Counted from the stretch's first letter, positions 1 to 14,400 are shown. The stretch: 64,000 nt of DNA from Chrysomallon squamiferum (GCA_012295275.1 CM022670.1:3100001-3164000); one strand, 5' to 3'. The notes: generated from the letters alone by a model not told the origin. Program-made: numbers and translations.

Positions 1-849
1 TATTATTTTTTCACTCTTCTTGTTATTCAGTTGTTGTTGTTGTTTTTTTGTTTTGTATTTTGTTTTCATTTTTTTTTTTTTTTTTTTTTTTAGGGGTGGG
101 GTGGTTCAACATTTTTTTTAATTCTCGTACTGTGTACAAACTAAGGCTTCGGTTTCGTTTATGTTTCGTTTCGGTTTCGTTTCGGTTTCGTTTCGGTGCC
201 GTGTCGGAAAAGGGTAAATGGTCTCCGATCGTAACGGCTCACTGTGAAAGATGTTAATACTTGGTAAACAGAATGTGTCGCTCAGAGTGCACGGACGTGC
301 TCATGATCGTTACAAAGCGCTCGAAACACGCGTAACATCCCAAGCGTTTCTTCACGTGTTTCAACACAAAATGATCGCATATTTCTAACATAACTCAGTA
401 GCCTCTGCAGCGAGGTTTGGGTCGCAAGGAAAGACAGAACAATCTGCGTGTTATTTCCTCAGATCACAGGTTAATACTGAGATATGTTCTTGAGCGATCT
501 GCTGAATGAATCTTTACGTGATTGCTGTGTTGCCGAGCTTGCTAACACACGATGAGCAAATCTTTCTGAACTCGATGGTCTGTGTTCACATTAAGTACAA
601 CATGTCTTGGGAGCGTGAAGAAGCACGTGAATTATTAGATGACTTAGGAATTAGATTTCTTGATATAGATTTGTATTATTTATTTATTTATTACTATTTT
701 TTTCTTCTTTTGTTTGCATTGTTATGTCGTTTTATTCTCTTTTTTCTTCGTTTAAATATTTTTTCTCCACATTATTTTTGTTGTCGTTTGTACTTTCCAT
801 CTCGCTCCCTCTCTCTGTATGTTGTGAGTTGAGTGTGCGTATGTGTGTG

Positions 850-906
<57 letters not shown>

Positions 907-3091
907 CTACGTATGTATGTATCTATCTTCAGTAAAATTACGTGCGATCGATAATTATTCTGCTATGAATCTCTATTAACAAACATGTTCTGTCTACTTT
1001 TCTGAAATGTTCTTACCTTAATTTTCCTTTTATTTGACAAACTAATGATAAACAAACTCTTTGACAAATGGATATGTTGACAACGAAGGTGTCTGGAGAC
1101 AGTTACACTGGGTGTGTTAGAGTGTTATCTAAACATACTGTCAATCAGTTCTAGATACATTGTTAATTTCTTATCTAAACACATTGCCAATCAGTTCTAA
1201 ATACATTGTGAATCTGTTATAAACACATTGTCAGGCTATTTCTTATCTCAGTTATTTGTGGATGTTTATGTGCATGTGGATTCCTGTCTAAATATGTTTC
1301 TGTTTGTTTGAGTATTTATTTATCGGCTCTAATGTATGCACGTTTGAAAAGTTTTTTTTATATATCTTAAAATACTACATGTTTATTGAATGTTTTAATA
1401 TTTGTTTTAATGTAACTAATTTTAAATATTATGACTTACAATCAATATCTACTTCTCTCCTTGTATTACTAGTTTATATACATTTATTAACACTTTTCCG
1501 AAAAGTGTGTGTTTGTGTGTGTGTGTGTGTGTGTGTTTATACAGAATCACTAAACAAGATCAAAATAATATACGTCTTTAAATAATATTTTTTTTTTTTT
1601 TTTTTTTATAAAAGATGTTAAGAATTTTTTTGTCTAACATCTGAAGAGCTGTTGGTAATATTGTTCAGATTGCGAACAGAAATATTGTTAATTTTTTCTA
1701 GATGTTTCTGTACTGGGACTTTCAATGAATGCGTATTTGTGTCACAACTTCACGAACATAATCATTTTATTCTACTCAGCCTGTTACAATTCCAGGTGTT
1801 AGTTAGTCACAACAACAGTGAATGACTGTGCATGCCAACTTCTGATTCATCGAAGGCCAATCGATCTGTACGGTCAACAAAACAAAACAACAACACAAAT
1901 TCCATGCGACGTCCTGTCTAAATAGCGCACGTGTCGTAGTCATAAGGTCGCTTGTTGGTAACTTGTTCTGTTTTATGAATTCTGCTGCGGCGAACATGCA
2001 ACTAAACCTGTTTTCGAATCCGTGTCACATTCCCGAGGAGCAGTCCCATGCTCTCTGGCCTGCTTTCTTCGTTTTGAGAACAATGCTTGGCAAACACACA
2101 AATTATCCATGTGATCTTGAACTTGCCAGATCTGAAGGCCGTAAGCAATCACAGCTCAATTGGCTCATTGTTCTTGGCAAATAGTTCTTGCTTACACAAT
2201 CAATTAGCTTAGTGGCCAACGGAGCAAACAAATCTGGGCATGATTCGTTTAACTAAGAAAAGAATCTCCTGAAATGCTTACCATTGGCGTTTCGCTTTCC
2301 AGAAATGCATGTATACTTTTGTATATGTTCCTACATTCTGTAAATCTACATATCATCTTTTCTGCAATGTATAACATTTAAAATAATAGGCGGTATGTAT
2401 TTGCAGATTTAATTAATGGAATTTTTATGTATTGTTCTGTCGTTAATGTCGCATAAAGTTTTTCAGAATCTCCACTTTATCCTTCTAGATTAGAACGAGG
2501 AAACCAAATAATCCGAACTTGACCTTAATGTATATTTAGGAAGGAATGCTTTGTTAAATGCAATCAAAGGGAATTAAAATATTGAATTTAGGTTACCAGA
2601 CGAGTTTTGTGAAATCAAAAGAATGGACGCGATCTTGCAGCATTAGTCGAATTCTGGCTTTATTTCAAGTTCAGTTTGAATCTTTCTTGCTGCCAGATTT
2701 AGATACAGACATGGTGTGTTACGTAAAGTACGCTTTACCTTTGTTTGGTTGTATTATTAGTCAGTGTGGAATGATCACGTTGTTTCTGAGATGTTCTTTT
2801 TTAACTAATGAGATTGTATCCATGCATAGGTTATGGGAAGATGTGAGATATTCTATGTTACTTTTTATCATAAACATATATCTGAGATATTCTGAGATAT
2901 TACTTTTTCTTCCTGTTTATCATTAACATACATCTAATATATTATTTTCTAATTAACCGCAGAGTGTTGTACATGTTGACGTTTAAAAAGGTCGAAGGAC
3001 TTTACGTCTTTGTCTGATCTTTGAGTTTTTGAAATTATTTATTTACGTCACTGTTTTTTCCCTTAAATATTTTTTCTTTTCTATATTTCTT

Positions 3092-3142
<51 letters not shown>

Positions 3143-3317
3143 GTTGTTATTTATGACTTGCTGTGTAACGGGGGCTGGATAGTGGTCTAAGTGTATCTCT
3201 CGTTTTTGGACTTCCCCTTAGGCTACTTCGCGTTCCAGTGATGATTTTCGAAAAACATGGTATCTGTTCTTTATTGAAAATTATTTGTAAATCATTAACC
3301 ATAATATCTACGCGGTA

Positions 3318-3378
<61 letters not shown>

Positions 3379-3971
3379 TGTATTGGATTTAAAACAGTAA
3401 ACAAAAATTATTTCAGACACCTGATGAAAATTAGATACGGTTAATTAAACCGACATTATTTATTTGTTTCATTCTTCAAACCTTTATTTGAAACTTTACT
3501 GTTCTTCTGAGTTATATTATAATTTTAGAACAAAAAAAAACAAAAAAAAACGTAAGAGACAAAAACCGGTACTCATATAACACAAAAAGATTTTAAACAA
3601 GAAAGAAAACCATCACAAAAAGAAGGCGAAAAGAAAAGAAAGGACGTTTCACTATTAAAAGAAGAATAATCAATTATTTAAAAAAAAAAAAAAAAAAAAA
3701 ATATTAAGAACCCCAAAATACAGGAAAGCAGTTTAATTCTCTAAGTACGCAACCCCAAAATACAAGAAATACACAGCAGTTTACCGCTAATTAAAAAAAA
3801 AAACTGATATTAAAAACCACAAAAATATCTTATTGCAACCAGCATCCTGCATTTCATTCATTCTTCCAGTGCATGTGCATCTCCGGAAATCAGACTTAAC
3901 AGGAAATGATGACATGCGCATCAGAGTTTGCCACCCATCAGCGAAGTCGTAGACACGTTGGTGAAAATCGG

Positions 3972-4031
3972 GTTACAATAATAATCCTTTGTAACCTGGA
4001 AGTTACAATAATAATCCTTTGTAACCTGGAA
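3972..4031 (+). repeat. 30-bp tandem duplication
   Basis: GTTACAATAATAATCCTTTGTAACCTGGAA x2. Confidence 0.9.
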
Positions 4032-5021
4032 GCGAGGAATTTAGGCAACCAAAGATAAAATGTGTCTGAATCAGGAACGATCCGCTGTTACAAGTAATCA
4101 AAACGTTACGTTAGTGTCAGAGTGAAAGAAAATGGCCGAAAAAAAGGAGATGAGGGGGAAAAAGTTGTTTCCTCTTGGAAGGTTAATTCGTCAAAGCATA
4201 TTATGTCATTGATTTCGATTTTCCAAATAATAATTTTTATGGATTTAACGCTGAATTAGTTAGTTTTCTTTTAAAATTTAGATTTAATAAGATTAGCAAG
4301 TATCTTAGATAAATATTCACTTAGAAAATAAATTCTTACTAGAAATCATATTATATTGTATAATCATATGCAAGAAAGTGTTTGTAAATTTCAAGCAATG
4401 AAACTAAAGACATATACATGTATATACACTGGTAGATATATTATATACATTTACACATACATATATACATATACATTTGCACTCATACATGGATGCATAA
4501 TTCACTCATCCATACATTCATAGACAGAGTTACAAACGTATGATTCAAAAAGCAGGACGAAAACAACCTCATAAAGGATGCAGCTCTACATTATATAAAG
4601 TAATGATTTTTGAGTGTATGTTTAAATACCTTTATAATATAAAAATAACTTAAATTAATATGTGAGTGCACGCAGACACAAGGATATCAAGAACGAAAAG
4701 AAAAGGCACTCAAAATGAAACAAAACAGAAAGTGGACGAACTTGATACAAAGGTACGTATGAATGAATGGGCATCTTGTTATTTGTGGAATACATACAAA
4801 CGAAATCAAAGCCTTGTCTAAATAATGAAGCCAGTTTTCACACAACATAGAGAAAGACTATAAATAAACAGTCTAAAAACTCGTGTTTGTTCTGGATGTT
4901 TCACAATTCATTTTACCACCGTGCCTATAGAGAAGGTAAAATCAACAGAGCTTAAGAAAAGTAAATAATACAAATTTAGAATACGAAGTTGTAGCCAAAC
5001 GCCTGTGATGACATACCTGAA

Positions 5022-5148
<127 letters not shown>

Positions 5149-5184
5149 TTCGAATACTAAGAATGACAATGATCATGACAATCA

Positions 5185-5215
<31 letters not shown>

Positions 5216-6095
5216 ACAAAGAAGAAGAAGAAGAACGCAAAGAAAGTGGAAAGAAATAAAGAAAAGAGAAAGAAGAATAACAAGATGAAGGTTAATGTCG
5301 AAAGATGCTGAATGTTCGAGAATTTTATATTTTCTAAATTTGTACAGCTCCCCAGGCTCGGCAGGTATTACACTTATTCCCCACCCACAAGTACGCAACA
5401 CAAACACGTAATAAAGCTTATCATCAATTCGACAGAACATTCGCTTGACCTCAAAGCGTCAAATAAAGCAGAAACATCGAGACTAGAAAAAGTACTTGAC
5501 TTTGTTTCGATCACCTCGGGCTGTTTTTTTCTCTTTAAAATCTAACCGCCTGGCGGCCATCATTAGCGAAACGTCATTTGGCGATTTGTGCATGCGTCGT
5601 TTCGTTCGTTAACGCATGTAAGGTTCTGAGAGATTTGTTACAAACACTTTTTTTTTATGTTTGATCTAAAATATTCTCTGATCCATAATTGAGTCGTTTT
5701 GGGGAAAGGCAGATATTATTGTTTTGATATTTTTGTGTTTCCATGAGTAAAGACACTTAGTTAATAGCCGCAAGATAATCTTTATCTGGAAAGCTCCGCA
5801 GCTAAATATGGTTCCATTGTTAAAACGATATCTTTGAGTGAATGTGAATTCAGAGACGATTTTTCTAATTTAGACTCACAACAGAAGCATGTGGACATAA
5901 TTAGAACGATGTCAGTGTGTCAGTTATTTCAAAAATAGATATTACTAGATGATTCCATAAAGTTATGAATGGTTTCCATTTCAAGAGATCTAAAATGAAA
6001 AAGCACACACACACTCTGTGTGTGTCTTGTGTGTGTGTGTGTGTGTGTCTCTCTCTCTCTCTCTTTCTCGCTCTCGCTCTCTCTCTTGCACACAC

Positions 6096-6126
<31 letters not shown>

Positions 6127-6703
6127 GAGGAAGAGAGATAGAGAGGAGGCAAGACAAAACAAAACACAATTATAATAATAGACATATTCTGGTTAAACAA
6201 TTGTGCAGCAGCATTTCGTATTTAAAACAATAAATATATACAAATAAACAACTATGCCAAAAAGAGAAAAAAAGATCGTGACATTGCATGCCTCATTAAA
6301 ATTAATAATTAAAGCATAAAATTGTCTGAACCTACTAAAATAGTCGAACATTAGTAAGTAATATATTATATATATATATGATGGCGAAAATGAATCAACC
6401 AATATTCTCGTTCAAGGTGACGTCTACAAGCATTCAAACATTTAATTAAACATTTAACGAGAGTCAACACGGAACACTGACAAGGAACAGACTGACCAGC
6501 ACACAGAAAATGTTCTGTTCAAAGCTTATACCTGGCTGTCAAGGTTGACTTTCTGTTTACGTTTAGCGGTAAAGTTCTAACTGCGACTGTAAAAATACAC
6601 AGCGTGATTTCCATTCAGTTCTGTAACTTAATAAAAGTTTAATTCCGCTTCATTAATTTCTCTTATTAATGTTGTTTTTGTGGATTATTTATTATTATTA
6701 TTA

Positions 6704-6736
<33 letters not shown>

Positions 6737-7003
6737 TCTTTTTTAATTTTATATTTCTTTTATTGTTATTATTACTGAGTTCTTTCTTTTCCCATTTTAT
6801 GCACTCATAATTATTTGTACATATGTATACACTCACTGTTAATACTACTATTGTTCCTGCTACCACCGCTACTATTACTAATTTTAATACAACAAATACT
6901 ATTACTATTTCTTACTATCACAAGTAGTTCTGTTATTACTATCACCACCAAAACTACTAGTACCGCTAAAATCAACATCGCAACCACAATACCGTTTCCA
7001 CTA

Positions 7004-7069
<66 letters not shown>

Positions 7070-7599
7070 TTACTACTATTACTACTATTACTATACTATA
7101 CCACTGCTAATACTAATACTACTACTTCTAATAGCACTACTAGTACTACAGCAACTGTCACAACGATCATTTCTTCCACCATAACTGTCGCTATTACACT
7201 GACTAAGAAAAACACTAACAACCATATTCAGTTCAATTCATTCATTTGCCTGAAGTGTTTACTAACCTGTGTCGTCAAAAACACGGTCTTAACCCACTTA
7301 CATTCGTCAACAAAGACGTCAGGAGAAAGCGATATCGTGAATTAGAAAGAAAAGAAAAGAAAAAAAAGCGAAAAAAAACCAACAACAACAAACAAAGTCA
7401 GTACATATCAGTAGTTTAATCTCACGGCACAATATTCAGAGCTGTCAACCGTGCAAATCAGAGTAGGTCAGTTAAACTCGAGACAGAGTTCAAAAAACGA
7501 GAATACGCCGCAGGGTACAGAACGACTCCGTCGTTAATAGAAACATCGTCATTCGAGTATTAATATCATTTTGCCGGAGTCGAGCGAGCTGTGGCGTAA

Positions 7600-7680
7600 A
7601 ATACTTATCGACCAATCAGAATTGATTCTGGAGAATTTATAAGTAAAAATCGCTTGTTGTTTGTTTGAGATGAAAAATAA
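7600..7680 (+). promoter_or_regulatory. Putative promoter of the PH-like gene (CCAAT box plus TATA-like element)
   Basis: GACCAATCAG (CCAAT 7612-7616) then TTTATAAG (7636-7643), about 170-200 bp upstream of the ATG, after a CpG-richer stretch (7420-7610). Confidence 0.5.
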
Positions 7681-7813
7681 AGTTAACTGAAATGATGTGA
7701 AATAACAGGATCTGATTGTAAGAAGATACTGAACTGAGGCGAACAGGGATACATATTATTTAGGAAGTGTATTGAAGACGTATAAGGGACAACGTGTACA
7801 GAAGTATTTAACA

Positions 7814-8311
7814 ATGGATTCCGGAAAACAAAAATCATCGATGAGGCTGTCCATCAACATCCACGACACCAACGGCAACATGTCCAGCGACAAACTGGAA
7901 ATTAAATCAGGAAACGTAACTCTGGTCAACAGGAGCGGAACGAAAGACCACAGAACGGAAGTGTTTGTGCGCGTGTACCGGACTCCCTTTGAACACTACG
8001 CCGTGGTTTATCAGAACAAGCTGTTTTGCAAAGCGTCGCTCTACGTCAACCTCAAAACCTGCTGCGTCACCGTGGACCACGTCAACAATCAGATCAGCAT
8101 CAGCCCTGACGACGCCGAGGGATCGAATATCGTCCTGGAAACAGACGACTGTTCGTTCGCCGAATGGCGGGATGCGCTGTGCGTGAGCATCACGTGCAAG
8201 AAAGGATCCATTTCGCCCAAGCTTTCTCCTGTCGTCCCTCGATCCCCAGTGATGCAGCCGCTGTTTGAGTCCGAAGAAGACGACGACGACGATGATGATG
8301 TAGTTATTTGA
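7814..8311 (+). CDS. Intronless ~165-aa uncharacterised protein with a PH-domain-like core, SP-rich tail and acidic C-terminus
   Basis: Non-repetitive, GC-richer ORF in an AT-rich background; ATG in ACAATGG context (the track's start at 7772 is a TTG). The sequence reads IKSGNVTL...VFVRVY...HYAVVY...LYVNLKTCCV...ISISP...IVLET...FAEWRDAL: a run of beta-strand-like segments ending in a Trp-containing helix, as in PH folds. The fold is inferred by eye. Confidence 0.8.
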   Translation: MDSGKQKSSMRLSINIHDTNGNMSSDKLEIKSGNVTLVNRSGTKDHRTEVFVRVYRTPFEHYAVVYQNKLFCKASLYVNLKTCCVTVDHVNNQISISPDDAEGSNIVLETDDCSFAEWRDALCVSITCKKGSISPKLSPVVPRSPVMQPLFESEEDDDDDDDVVI

Positions 8312-8957
8312 TCGATTGTGTTTTTCCCGGTGTTAGATCTTTTTAATCGGATGTTTGATTCCCCAGCCGACGACACTGATGTCAGCTGACAAAGATGTCA
8401 GATGTCGCGGGAAATGACACTTTAACGTCTTCTACATGTTGTGTATTATAGCATAGACGTTTAAAACTATTCTTCTGTTGTCGTTACCGCAGATATCAGC
8501 TGCCGTTTTACAATGATAGCAGTCAGTACTGAAGATGTCTCTTTGAGGCTTTTCTGGAAGATATTTGTTTTTTGACTATTATTTAAGATATTCATTTTAA
8601 AAACAGTAAATAATGCTATCATAATTTTAGAAAATGATTGAAGATATCTTATTAAGATTTAGAAGATATTTATTTAACTGTAATTAAAAATATCCTTTTT
8701 AACAAGTCTTACAAAGAGCATCATGTGGATTTTTTTTCACCCAGTGAAAGCAGACATCCATATAACACTGTAACTCAAGATTTCTGTTATCGGATCACAA
8801 ATCAAGATATCTGTTTTCTAGCTACAGTTCAAGAAATCTTTTCGTTCCCTGCAGCCTTTTGGCTGGAGGAGGATAATGTCCCTTTGATACTAGTGTTTGT
8901 GATACAGGGAAAGATATCATTATCATTATTATTATTATTATGATGATGATTATTATG

Positions 8958-8989
<32 letters not shown>

Positions 8990-9109
8990 CGTTGTTGTTG
9001 TTATTATGGTTGTATTATTTTTTGTTAATATTGCTATTATGCGTTAATTATTATTATTTTATTATTATTGTTGTTGTTACTACTATTATTTTTAATATTG
9101 TATTTGTGC

Positions 9110-9142
<33 letters not shown>

Positions 9143-9400
9143 CCAAAAAATCACTTTTTCATATAGTAATCATACAGACCGAATTTAATCCTGCACGTGA
9201 AGCTATCCATTTTTTAAATTTAACAAAAGATATTCATTTTCTAGACCCAGTAACGTACGTTTACTTAACATACATATGTAATCGAAGATTCATTTCGATA
9301 CAGTCTCAAGACTTCAAAATGTAATTAAAGAAATCCTTTTTCTGACATGATTTAAAACTTTATTTGTTTTCTCTCGTTTTGTTATTATTATGTTTAATTT

Positions 9401-9445
9401 AATAAAATATTCCAATCTCTAATGTGTACTTTTGTTTTTGTTTAT
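9401..9445 (+). terminator. Putative polyadenylation signal of the PH-like gene
   Basis: AATAAA at 9401-9406 followed about 20 nt later by a GT/T-rich tract (TGTGTACTTTTGTTTTTGTTT); implies a ~1.1-kb 3'UTR. Confidence 0.45.
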
Positions 9446-9475
9446 AACTGACCGACGATTATTTGTATACTGCTA

Positions 9476-9508
<33 letters not shown>

Positions 9509-9819
9509 GTACTACTGCAGTACTATTATTATTATTATTATTATTGAATTTAATACTGGTGTTGCTGTTGCTACTGTGCTAACTGTTGTCATCGTTGTTG
9601 CTGTGGTGTTTTCGAACTTCACGCTATTGCTGCTGTTTATTTTGATTTGGTTTGATTTTTTCTTTTTTCCTTTAAGAATTAGAAAATAGACAAACCTATG
9701 GGAGATAACTCTGTTAACGTCTTATTTTAGATAGGTACGAGTTATCTCCAATCAGCTTTGTCGTAACATTCAAAGCAGTAAGAGGAAACAGATGATTTAC
9801 ATTAATATTATCGAGTGAT

Positions 9820-10118
<299 letters not shown>

Positions 10119-10690
10119 TCAGTGTTATTTTGAATCACGAAGCTTAGAGAGGAAAAAAAAAAGGTACCCATTATAACAGTAATTCAAAATATTTCTGTTC
10201 TATTTATGTTTGGAGTTTCCTTCTTTTTTCTATTATGTTTTACTAGAACGAGGCCATGGAATGTAAACACGAATGTTTCAAATACCAGACTGAAAACAGA
10301 AATCTCGAAAAACTGTTACTAAAAATATTCTTATTTGTAACATTGTGCTGCGGTTTGTAGGACTGAAGAAATCGAAAAAACTGCATGAGATCTAAACACG
10401 GTTAAACGACCAACATACCGACAGACCGAATATAAATGAAACTGACTTACAAATGGAAAATATATTAATCAGATACATAAACACATATCCACCCATTGTT
10501 TCATCTACATTTTTTTGTGTTTGGATTTTACTTTCTTTTTTTCATTCTTTAATTCTTTCGTTCTTTTTCTTTTTTCCTTTTTATTATTAACACTATTTTT
10601 AATTTTTTTGTTTGTTTTTGTTTTGTTTTGTTTTTTTGTTTTTTGTTGTTATAGTTAATTAACAGAGGTAACTGGTACAGTAGTTTACTT

Positions 10691-10770
<80 letters not shown>

Positions 10771-11922
10771 CGTTCGTGCGTGTCCGTGTGTGCGTCTTTA
10801 AAAGGAGAGAAAGACTTGGCGACACAGTATATTCTGTACAACATTAAAACGTTTGATAAGCTTGAACTACGACGGATTATTAGCACTTAATTCAACCAAA
10901 TGATCAATAATGTATTTTTATTATCCTAACTGTTTGTATCCATCTCTTTTATTTACATATTTCACACCAAAGCTTTCAGTCAATTACGTTCCACATTTTA
11001 TTTTACACAGGGATCTGTGTAACTAACTGACGTAGTAATCCAACCATTGCTGTCGCTTAGTTCTTTCTTAAATTATTAATTGTAAAAATTACTCAGCGCA
11101 TAACCACAATAACCAATAAAAGATATCTTGCATACAGAGAAGATGATGAAAGCGAGCCACGGAAATAATTGTATTTTGTCTGCAAGAAAGTTATTTCGAG
11201 CTTTTTTATATGTGTGTAGCATTTTGTTACCACATGTTACTCAGTGCATCGGCCCATTGCGCCTTCAAGCAAAATGATTTAGTGTAAAATGGAATGGAAG
11301 ATCGATTCTGATACAAAGATATTATAAATCATTTTCTCGTCCGTTTCAGGCCAGGAATGTATAAAACTCATTGATAGGTTCTGCTGAAAATTTGTTTTAT
11401 TATGTCTCATGTCATTTTTGCATTAACGGTTATTAAGAGCTGGTATTCACGATTTAATGGAGATCTAAATAATGAAGCCATTCTGTTGTTTGCGCTAAAG
11501 TACTTCCTTATATTTATATACACATGAAGATATTTTACTGCAGCTTTCATTGTGAGGGTTGTTTGAGCAATGGTTGGAACGAGAAAAAAGCTAAGGAAAT
11601 AAGTTTATATTGTAGCAGTGCATATAAAATTCGCCGACTGGTTTACAACGATCTCAAATTCATTTTGTTTATTAATCATGTAGGTTAAACAGCACTTACC
11701 ACATTGTTTTTATAAATCAGGCGAGGTAGCATGGCTGGAAAAGAGGAACCGCGCAATAGATGCCTTTAAAAAAAAGAAAAGAAGAAATATAAGACTTTAA
11801 ATGTAATTGTTAATAAAGATGATTATCTCCCTTTGAGCATAACCGACAACCAGAGAACGAGATTGAGAGAGAAAATGAATATTCCTCTATCCATTAAAAA
11901 TTTACTTTGTTTGTAAACCTTA

Positions 11923-11986
<64 letters not shown>

Positions 11987-13317
11987 CACGACAACTACAA
12001 CCGCAGTAACAAAACAATACTATCTATAAATAATCAAAAGCAGTTTTTACGTATAAATTACACATCTCTTTTGGCGGTTTTCCTCTGAACACTGATCTTC
12101 TATTTTTTATTTTAATAATGAATCATTCGAGCAGAGAAATTTCACTCGAGACGCTCAGTGTAAACACTTTTATCCATACGAAGAGTTAATTTTCCTGAAC
12201 ATATTACATATTTAAAACTAACGGCAGGAGTCCTATTCTTTCCTACGTTCCTCCCGGGTCAATAGCGCACCAGTGTCTCGCTTGAATACTGATAACACAT
12301 TTTATATTATTTTCTTTCAACACAGAAGTGGTGAACCTCGACTGTCAGTAAAATGGACTGTGTAAACTCAATTAAGTTTGAAGTTGCTAGGACCGCAAAC
12401 AAACTATGATTTCTAAATGTGTTCCTTATTTAAGAATGTTATCGTCAAATATTGCCAAAATGAAATCGTTAACCGAAAATATTGTTTTGGTTAAACTTAT
12501 TAAATGATATCGTGTGAGATATATTTTATTACTACAGTTATCGGAAATAGGAGGTTATGTATGTATAAACGTGTAGATATATGCATACACACTTGCATAC
12601 ATGAATACACATATTTACATACATACATATATCGACATATATACATATATACAAACGTACGTAGACACATACATACACACAGTTACGCACTTGCACATAC
12701 ACACATCCACACACAAACACATACATATAATTTCTTAAAAACATTTCCATAGAAATGAAACAAATTACTGCAGTCTGTGCATACATAACCATGATAATTT
12801 AAGAATTCACAAGATTTGATATTCAAACTCAGATGGTTGGGTGAAGCTAACATACTAAATTATTCATAATCAACACAGCATAGCTAATTTTTAGGACTAC
12901 AGTCTATTTCTTTGCAATGGTTCTTTTGTCTGTGTTCACGAAACAAAGAATAATGCTGTTGGGTCACGATGAACTTAATAAATTATGTACATAAAAAAAA
13001 ATAAAAAAAAAAAAAAAAATAAAAGAATAAAAAAATTAATTAAAAAAAATAAATAAAAAAATAAAAAAATTAATTAAATATAAAATATAAATAAAGTAAA
13101 ATAATTTAACTTCAAATTAAAAAAAAAAAAAAAAATCTATGTTTTTTTTTTGTTATGATAATGCTATTTTTTTTTTTTTTTTTTTTTTTTCACTAATTAG
13201 ATAAATAATGATCCTGTGATTTATTATTATTATTATTAGTAGTAGTTTTTTTTTTTTTTTTTTACTATCAGTATAACTTTGCCTCTTCAAATTCCAGTAC
13301 GTTTATTTGGCAAATTA

Positions 13318-13420
<103 letters not shown>

Positions 13421-13783
13421 ATATATATATATATATATATATGCCCTTGTATCTCTGTATATTTCTTTTGTATATATCTTTCTATATATGTCTGACTATA
13501 TATTCTTCCAGATTTCCATTCTGTTATAATTCAACACTCAATGTCTTCCTCTGGTCACGCTGTGTGGTCAGTATGTGTGGATTAAAAAGTAATATCTGCG
13601 ATATCTGTGGTCAATCTAGGTTCATATTCTTTGTTATCTCTGTCATGTTTACATAGCTTTAAACGTGTTTACTTACTTGAGCCATTCATAAGATCAATAG
13701 TTCGTGTGTGAGTGACATAGTATAACTAATTTTCGAAGCCATGGAAAAATAAGACAGATATATTTGTATCCTTGAGAGAAAAG

Positions 13784-13900
<117 letters not shown>

Positions 13901-14089
13901 AAAACCAAGTATTTCGGGTAGTAACTAAAACTAACAAATGAAAGAAAATGTAGCAATATGGTCTGAGTGTTTACAGAGAGAAACAAACAAACAGCAAAAG
14001 CAGGAGGTTTTTTAATTTACTATTTAAAACAGCCCTCCTCTGAAATACCTTTACCGAGAACAAGACAAAAGCCAAGTGAATACGTTTTT

Positions 14090-14400
14090 GTGAATCACAG
14101 AAACCCGCAAACCGATTGGCCTCGCGCGTAAAGCTACTGACGCATCGCCGTTTGCTTTTTCCCCATTGATGACTGGTTATGAGTGACTGCTGCTTTTCCC
14201 TGCCCAGCTGAGAGCGCGTTTGTTTCCGTGGAATAAAACTCGGTAATTGACCCAACCTGCGGGGCTGTAACTCTGGCGATTGGAAGACATACGCTTCCAG
14301 CCGATCTCGCTCTCGCTTCACGCGGAATCTGGCGGAAAAATCTGTTCGTTTGACGAGGCCACTGAGCCGCTCAGAATGCTAATTCACAGAAATAATTGGA
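14090..14400 (+). promoter_or_regulatory. CpG-rich putative promoter of the sGC alpha gene
   Basis: Local GC/CpG enrichment 330-650 bp upstream of the ATG, with inverted CCAAT (GATTGG ~14114 and ~14278), a CRE-like TGACGCA (~14138) and CGCGCG. Confidence 0.5.

Noticed and set aside
10257-10278. miR-1-like sequence TGGAATGTAAACACG
   Set aside because: Only the first 11 nt match and there is no complementary arm.
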